Shown here in pieces: positions 60,477-64,000 of a stretch of 64,000 bases of DNA; position 1 is the stretch's first letter; every line of letters begins with the position of its first letter. The notes under the pieces were generated by a model that was not told the origin of the DNA, made no database searches, and worked only from the letters and a program-made list of their open reading frames with translations. This DNA comes from Candidatus Bathyarchaeota archaeon. Its GTDB lineage: Archaea; Thermoproteota; Bathyarchaeia; 40CM-2-53-6. Where the stretch lies: NCBI GenBank assembly GCA_963706285.1, contig CAVPLU010000004.1, forward strand, positions 414,654 through 478,653, given 5' to 3'. The position numbers and the translations under genes are program-made.

Positions 60477-61546
60477 CAAATCAAGTAGGTGTAGCTGTCA
60501 TCGGAGCCGGCTACTGGGGAACCAAACTCGTACGAGAGTACAAGTCAGCACAGCAGAAGAATGGAAATATCGGACTCCTCAAAGTCTGTGACTCCTCTCT
60601 CGCAGCTCTCATCGGACACAAAGAATCGTTCTCGCTCTTCGATGATATGCTGACGACGAAAGTTGACGATCTGATTGCAGATCCAGACATATCGGCAGTG
60701 CATATAGCCACTCCGAATCGCACACATTACACCATAGCCAAGAAGGCCTTGGAGGCCGGCAAGGACGTACTAATTGAGAAACCAATGACGCTTCACTCCA
60801 GCGAAGCTTACGAGCTAGTGGATCTTGCAGAGTCACTCGGATGTGTGCTTCACGTCGGTCACATATTCAGATACAACTCGGCCGTGCGTACTGCCTGTCA
60901 ACTTCTGCAAAGCGGAACCATTGGAAAAGTCTTCTACGTTCGGATCCAGTGGACTGATTCCTCCTATTACCCGGACAGGGATATAGTGTTTGATTTGGGC
61001 CCCCACCCCGTTGACGTGCTGAACCAACTCTTGAATGCTTGGCCAACACAGGTGAGTGGATTCGCAAGATCGTACCGTAGCGCAGAAGAGAATCCAGAGG
61101 TGGCATATGGGATTGCTGAATTTGCCGATGGAGTCTTTGCACACTTGGAACTGAGCTGGCTTCAGCCTGGAAAGGTACGAGAGGCCACAGTGGTGGGCTC
61201 AGAAGGGAAGCTCGTCATCGACTGTGTAGGACAGCACGTGTCCAAGACCACCGGTGACAAAACGGAGATAATTCCTGTTACCGCGAACAATACGATAGAA
61301 GCCGAGATCGAGCACTTCATCGACTGCGTCGCCAAACGGGATACTTCGACCAAGTCAGGTCTGATCGGCGCACACACCGTAGGCGTGCTAGAGAAGATTC
61401 GAGCATCCATGTGGGAACGGCCTTTCCCAATCATCCGTCCGCCTGGAGACAAAATCGTCGACATGATTGCGTTTGATGAGAGCAAGAAACGTAACCGCCT
61501 GAGCGGCAAATCGGAGTCACACGAGCAGTTCGCAAGTGAAGAATGA
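60473..61546 (+). CDS. Gfo/Idh/MocA oxidoreductase, WbpB-like
   Basis: VIGAGYWG, IATPNRTH, IEKP, VGHIFRYN, DLGPH; ATG preceded by GAGGT. Confidence 0.88.
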   Translation: MTNQVGVAVIGAGYWGTKLVREYKSAQQKNGNIGLLKVCDSSLAALIGHKESFSLFDDMLTTKVDDLIADPDISAVHIATPNRTHYTIAKKALEAGKDVLIEKPMTLHSSEAYELVDLAESLGCVLHVGHIFRYNSAVRTACQLLQSGTIGKVFYVRIQWTDSSYYPDRDIVFDLGPHPVDVLNQLLNAWPTQVSGFARSYRSAEENPEVAYGIAEFADGVFAHLELSWLQPGKVREATVVGSEGKLVIDCVGQHVSKTTGDKTEIIPVTANNTIEAEIEHFIDCVAKRDTSTKSGLIGAHTVGVLEKIRASMWERPFPIIRPPGDKIVDMIAFDESKKRNRLSGKSESHEQFASEE

Positions 61547-61604
61547 GTTCTCGCAGACCTACAGAGAAGTATTTCCAGATCGAGTGGTAAGTGGTCTTTG
61601 AAGA

Positions 61605-62300
61605 TTGGTTAGCAGCAAGCTTGTAGGGATTGCGCTTCTGATCGCAAGCCCGATTGTGATAATAGCGTACACTCTAGCGATAGTCTACTACACATCCCTA
61701 ATTCTCCAGATTACTGGTGAGATTGCTGTGGTTGGAGTATTCGGCATTCTCACATGGATAGGTTACACTATGAGTACTGAGCCTCCCAGTCCTGAAGCCA
61801 GCGACCCTTCTGAGCTAGATGACCTCCAGCCAGAGACTATCACCCCTTCACAGCAGAATCAAGTTGCCAAGAGTCGCTCAGCCTTGTCAATGATCGTAGA
61901 CGCGGAGATAGGCGAAGGAACCACTGTGAGAGATCATGTCAACCTGTACAAATGCAAGATCGGAAAGAACTGCAAGATCGAATCATTCGTCTACATTGAA
62001 GAAGGCGTCACGGTTGGAGACAACTGCAAGATCAAACCCCACGTGTACATCCCCAGCGGAGTCATTATCGAAGACGATGTATTCCTAGGCCCAAATACTA
62101 CCTTCACGAACGACAAGTATCCTCGCGCGAAGGGCGACTGGAAGCTTCTCAAGACGATTGTCAGACATGGTGCATCAATAGGGGCCCATTCAGTGATCCT
62201 CCCTGGCGTGGAGATAGGGAGAGATGCTGTGGTGGGTGCCGGCTCTGTGGTGACCGCGGACGTCCCAAGCGGTGACAACGGTATGCGGGAACCCTGCTAG
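61605..62300 (+). CDS. hexapeptide N-acetyltransferase (WbpD-like) with N-terminal two-TM domain
   Basis: Hexapeptide repeats, FTNDKYPR, GASIGAHSVILPG, VGAGSVVTADVP. Confidence 0.88.
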   Translation: MVSSKLVGIALLIASPIVIIAYTLAIVYYTSLILQITGEIAVVGVFGILTWIGYTMSTEPPSPEASDPSELDDLQPETITPSQQNQVAKSRSALSMIVDAEIGEGTTVRDHVNLYKCKIGKNCKIESFVYIEEGVTVGDNCKIKPHVYIPSGVIIEDDVFLGPNTTFTNDKYPRAKGDWKLLKTIVRHGASIGAHSVILPGVEIGRDAVVGAGSVVTADVPSGDNGMREPC

Positions 62301-62312
62301 GCCCCTGAGCAA

Positions 62313-63088
62313 ATGACGATTCAACTCACAGAGTCAAGACTCGTCCTCAGAGCGCCCAAGATCGGCGTGATCATACCTGTCTATGGTGACAGCGATTCAG
62401 TCTGCTGGATTCTCGGCCGTTTCAGGCAGAGCTCGGTGAACACGATCTGTCTGGTCGTGGACATCCCGCTGAAACAAGTCATGGATAGAGATAAGAGAAG
62501 CTGCAAGACAAACTGGGATCACCGTTCACATTATCAAGAATGCGGAGAGAACCGGGGTAGGGTCATCGCTGAGGCAGGGCCTCACATATCTTGCGCAGAC
62601 GGACCACGAAATCGTTGCCGTGATGGCGGGCAACGGGAAAGATGATCCGGCCGAGATCGAACGACTCATTGAACCCGTAGTCAAAGGTGAATGCGACTAC
62701 GTGCAGGGTTCAAGGTATCAGCCCGGTGGAAAGAGAATCAGAATGCCGTTCGTCAGGAAGGTATTCAACCGCCTCTACCCGCTCATCTGGACTCTTCTCA
62801 CCCAGAGAAAGTGCACTGATGTAACCAACGGTTATCAGATGCTACAGGCTTGACGATTCTTCGCGACCCCCGCATAAACCTTGGATCAGCATTGGCTGGA
62901 CGGCTACAGCTTTGGAGTACTATCTTCACTACAAGGCCTTGGCATTGGGGTACAGGGTGAAGGAAGTTCCGGTTTCGAAGACCTATTCCTTTGGTAACAG
63001 GGGTGGCTACTCGAAGATTCAACCACTCAAAGACTGGTGGCCCATAGTCTCACCGGTCGTGTTGCTGTTCTTGGGAGCAAGAGAATGA
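62313..63088 (+). CDS. GT2 family glycosyltransferase (frameshifts)
   Basis: VIIPVY, MAGNGKDDP, YVQGSRY, TDVTNGY. Confidence 0.8.
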
Positions 63089-63262
63089 CATCGTTACTGT
63101 TCCTCAGGAAGACTTCTCAAGAAGAAGCGGGGGGCGCGAGGCCAGGTAGAACAACATTACTCAACCGCTTGCATTTTCTACGGCATACAAAGAAATCGAG
63201 GGCGGCAGCTCGGAGCAGCCCTCAGCCGACACAGAGAAGTGCTGTGAAGGATAGAAGACCCA

Positions 63263-64000
63263 ATGAGAGAAGATGCTGTTGAACTTGAAGAATCGCGTCT
63301 GGGCGGCATCGAAAAAATAGAGGATTATCAAGGAAATCTCAAGCTTGGATTCAAGGAAAGGCACCGAATCTTTCCCGCCATCTTCGAAAACCGTCAGCAT
63401 AGGAGAATTCTTGACGTGGCGGCAGGGGTGGGATGTGCCGCAAAAAGAATTCGCGATAACTATCAAGCCGACTTGATGTGCAGTGATGTCTCTCCCACTT
63501 GTTTGAGGATTCTGAACAAACTGCGGATACCAACTGTGTCTTTCGACATCGATGACGATAAAGGGGCTTTCCCCTTTGCTGATGGCCAGTTCGATGCAGT
63601 TATTTCGCTCGTCACGATCGAACACTTGATTCATGTCGATCATTTTGTGAAGGAGATACATCGCATCCTCTGCAATGACGGCTATCTGTACATAGCAACG
63701 CCCAACTATGCGGCTCCTGAGTATTGGGTGCCAACGCTTTTGCTGTCAGGGAGGACTTTTCACAACCCGCTGGGCCCCGAGAGTACACGCTATGGGTCTA
63801 TGGCCATGTCAGATACTTTACTTACAGGACGTTGCTTGAGTTTGTGAGTTCCTTCGGGTTTGTTCCAGATACAGTTTACCTTGCTCTACCGGAGGGAGCA
63901 CACGCTATCTGGCAATGTACTCTTCCTCAAGAATCAAAGCAGTGGCAGCTCGATATGCGATGTGGATCAAGCACCAGTTGTTGTCCCCTCGCTGGGCTAC
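63263..64000 (+). CDS. class I SAM-dependent methyltransferase (frameshift near 63795; runs off the window)
   Basis: ILDVAAGVG, FPFADGQFDAV, IEHL, ATPN. Confidence 0.85.

Noticed and set aside
59606-61546. Apparent DegT-Gfo/Idh/MocA fusion in the ORF track
   Set aside because: Removing one C from CTCCCGC (about 60455-60461) gives ...ILREVAR* with an ATGA overlap at 60473, and GAGGT precedes that ATG. Two coupled genes is more likely.
3553-64000. Many split genes (asnB-like, GT2s, rsmB, cofE, scp2, sortase, trmB, degT, methyltransferase) as programmed frameshifting or mass pseudogenisation
   Set aside because: The breaks I examined are mostly single extra bases in short homopolymers (e.g. 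ACAGGGAAGA in cofE, TATGGGAAAC in scp2) with no shared slippery motif, and both halves are well conserved. Long-read consensus error is the simplest explanation.

Overview
Archaeal chromosomal DNA of a TACK-type organism, most likely Bathyarchaeia (inferred from MCM-Hel308, PolB1, class I LysRS, S25e, Rpo6, thermosome, CofE and an intron-containing tRNA). From 1 to about 50 kb it is mostly housekeeping: replication, translation, glycosyltransferases, an ArcE-like ATPase, a full beta-oxidation cluster, an archaeosortase and regulators. From about 50.7 to 58.2 kb it is an accessory patchwork: toxin-antitoxin modules, three orphan IS200/IS605 (tnpB) right ends, a surface-protein gene bracketed by identical 24-bp palindrome-containing repeats, and gene fragments (vapC, pstB, relE, GH10). 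From about 59.3 to 64 kb it is a nucleotide-sugar/glycosylation cluster. Many genes are split by single-base indels in short homopolymers, which looks like long-read assembly error, so several products were rebuilt by hand across frameshifts. No CRISPR array, rRNA or intact integrase/transposase was seen. All family calls come from motif recognition, not database searches.
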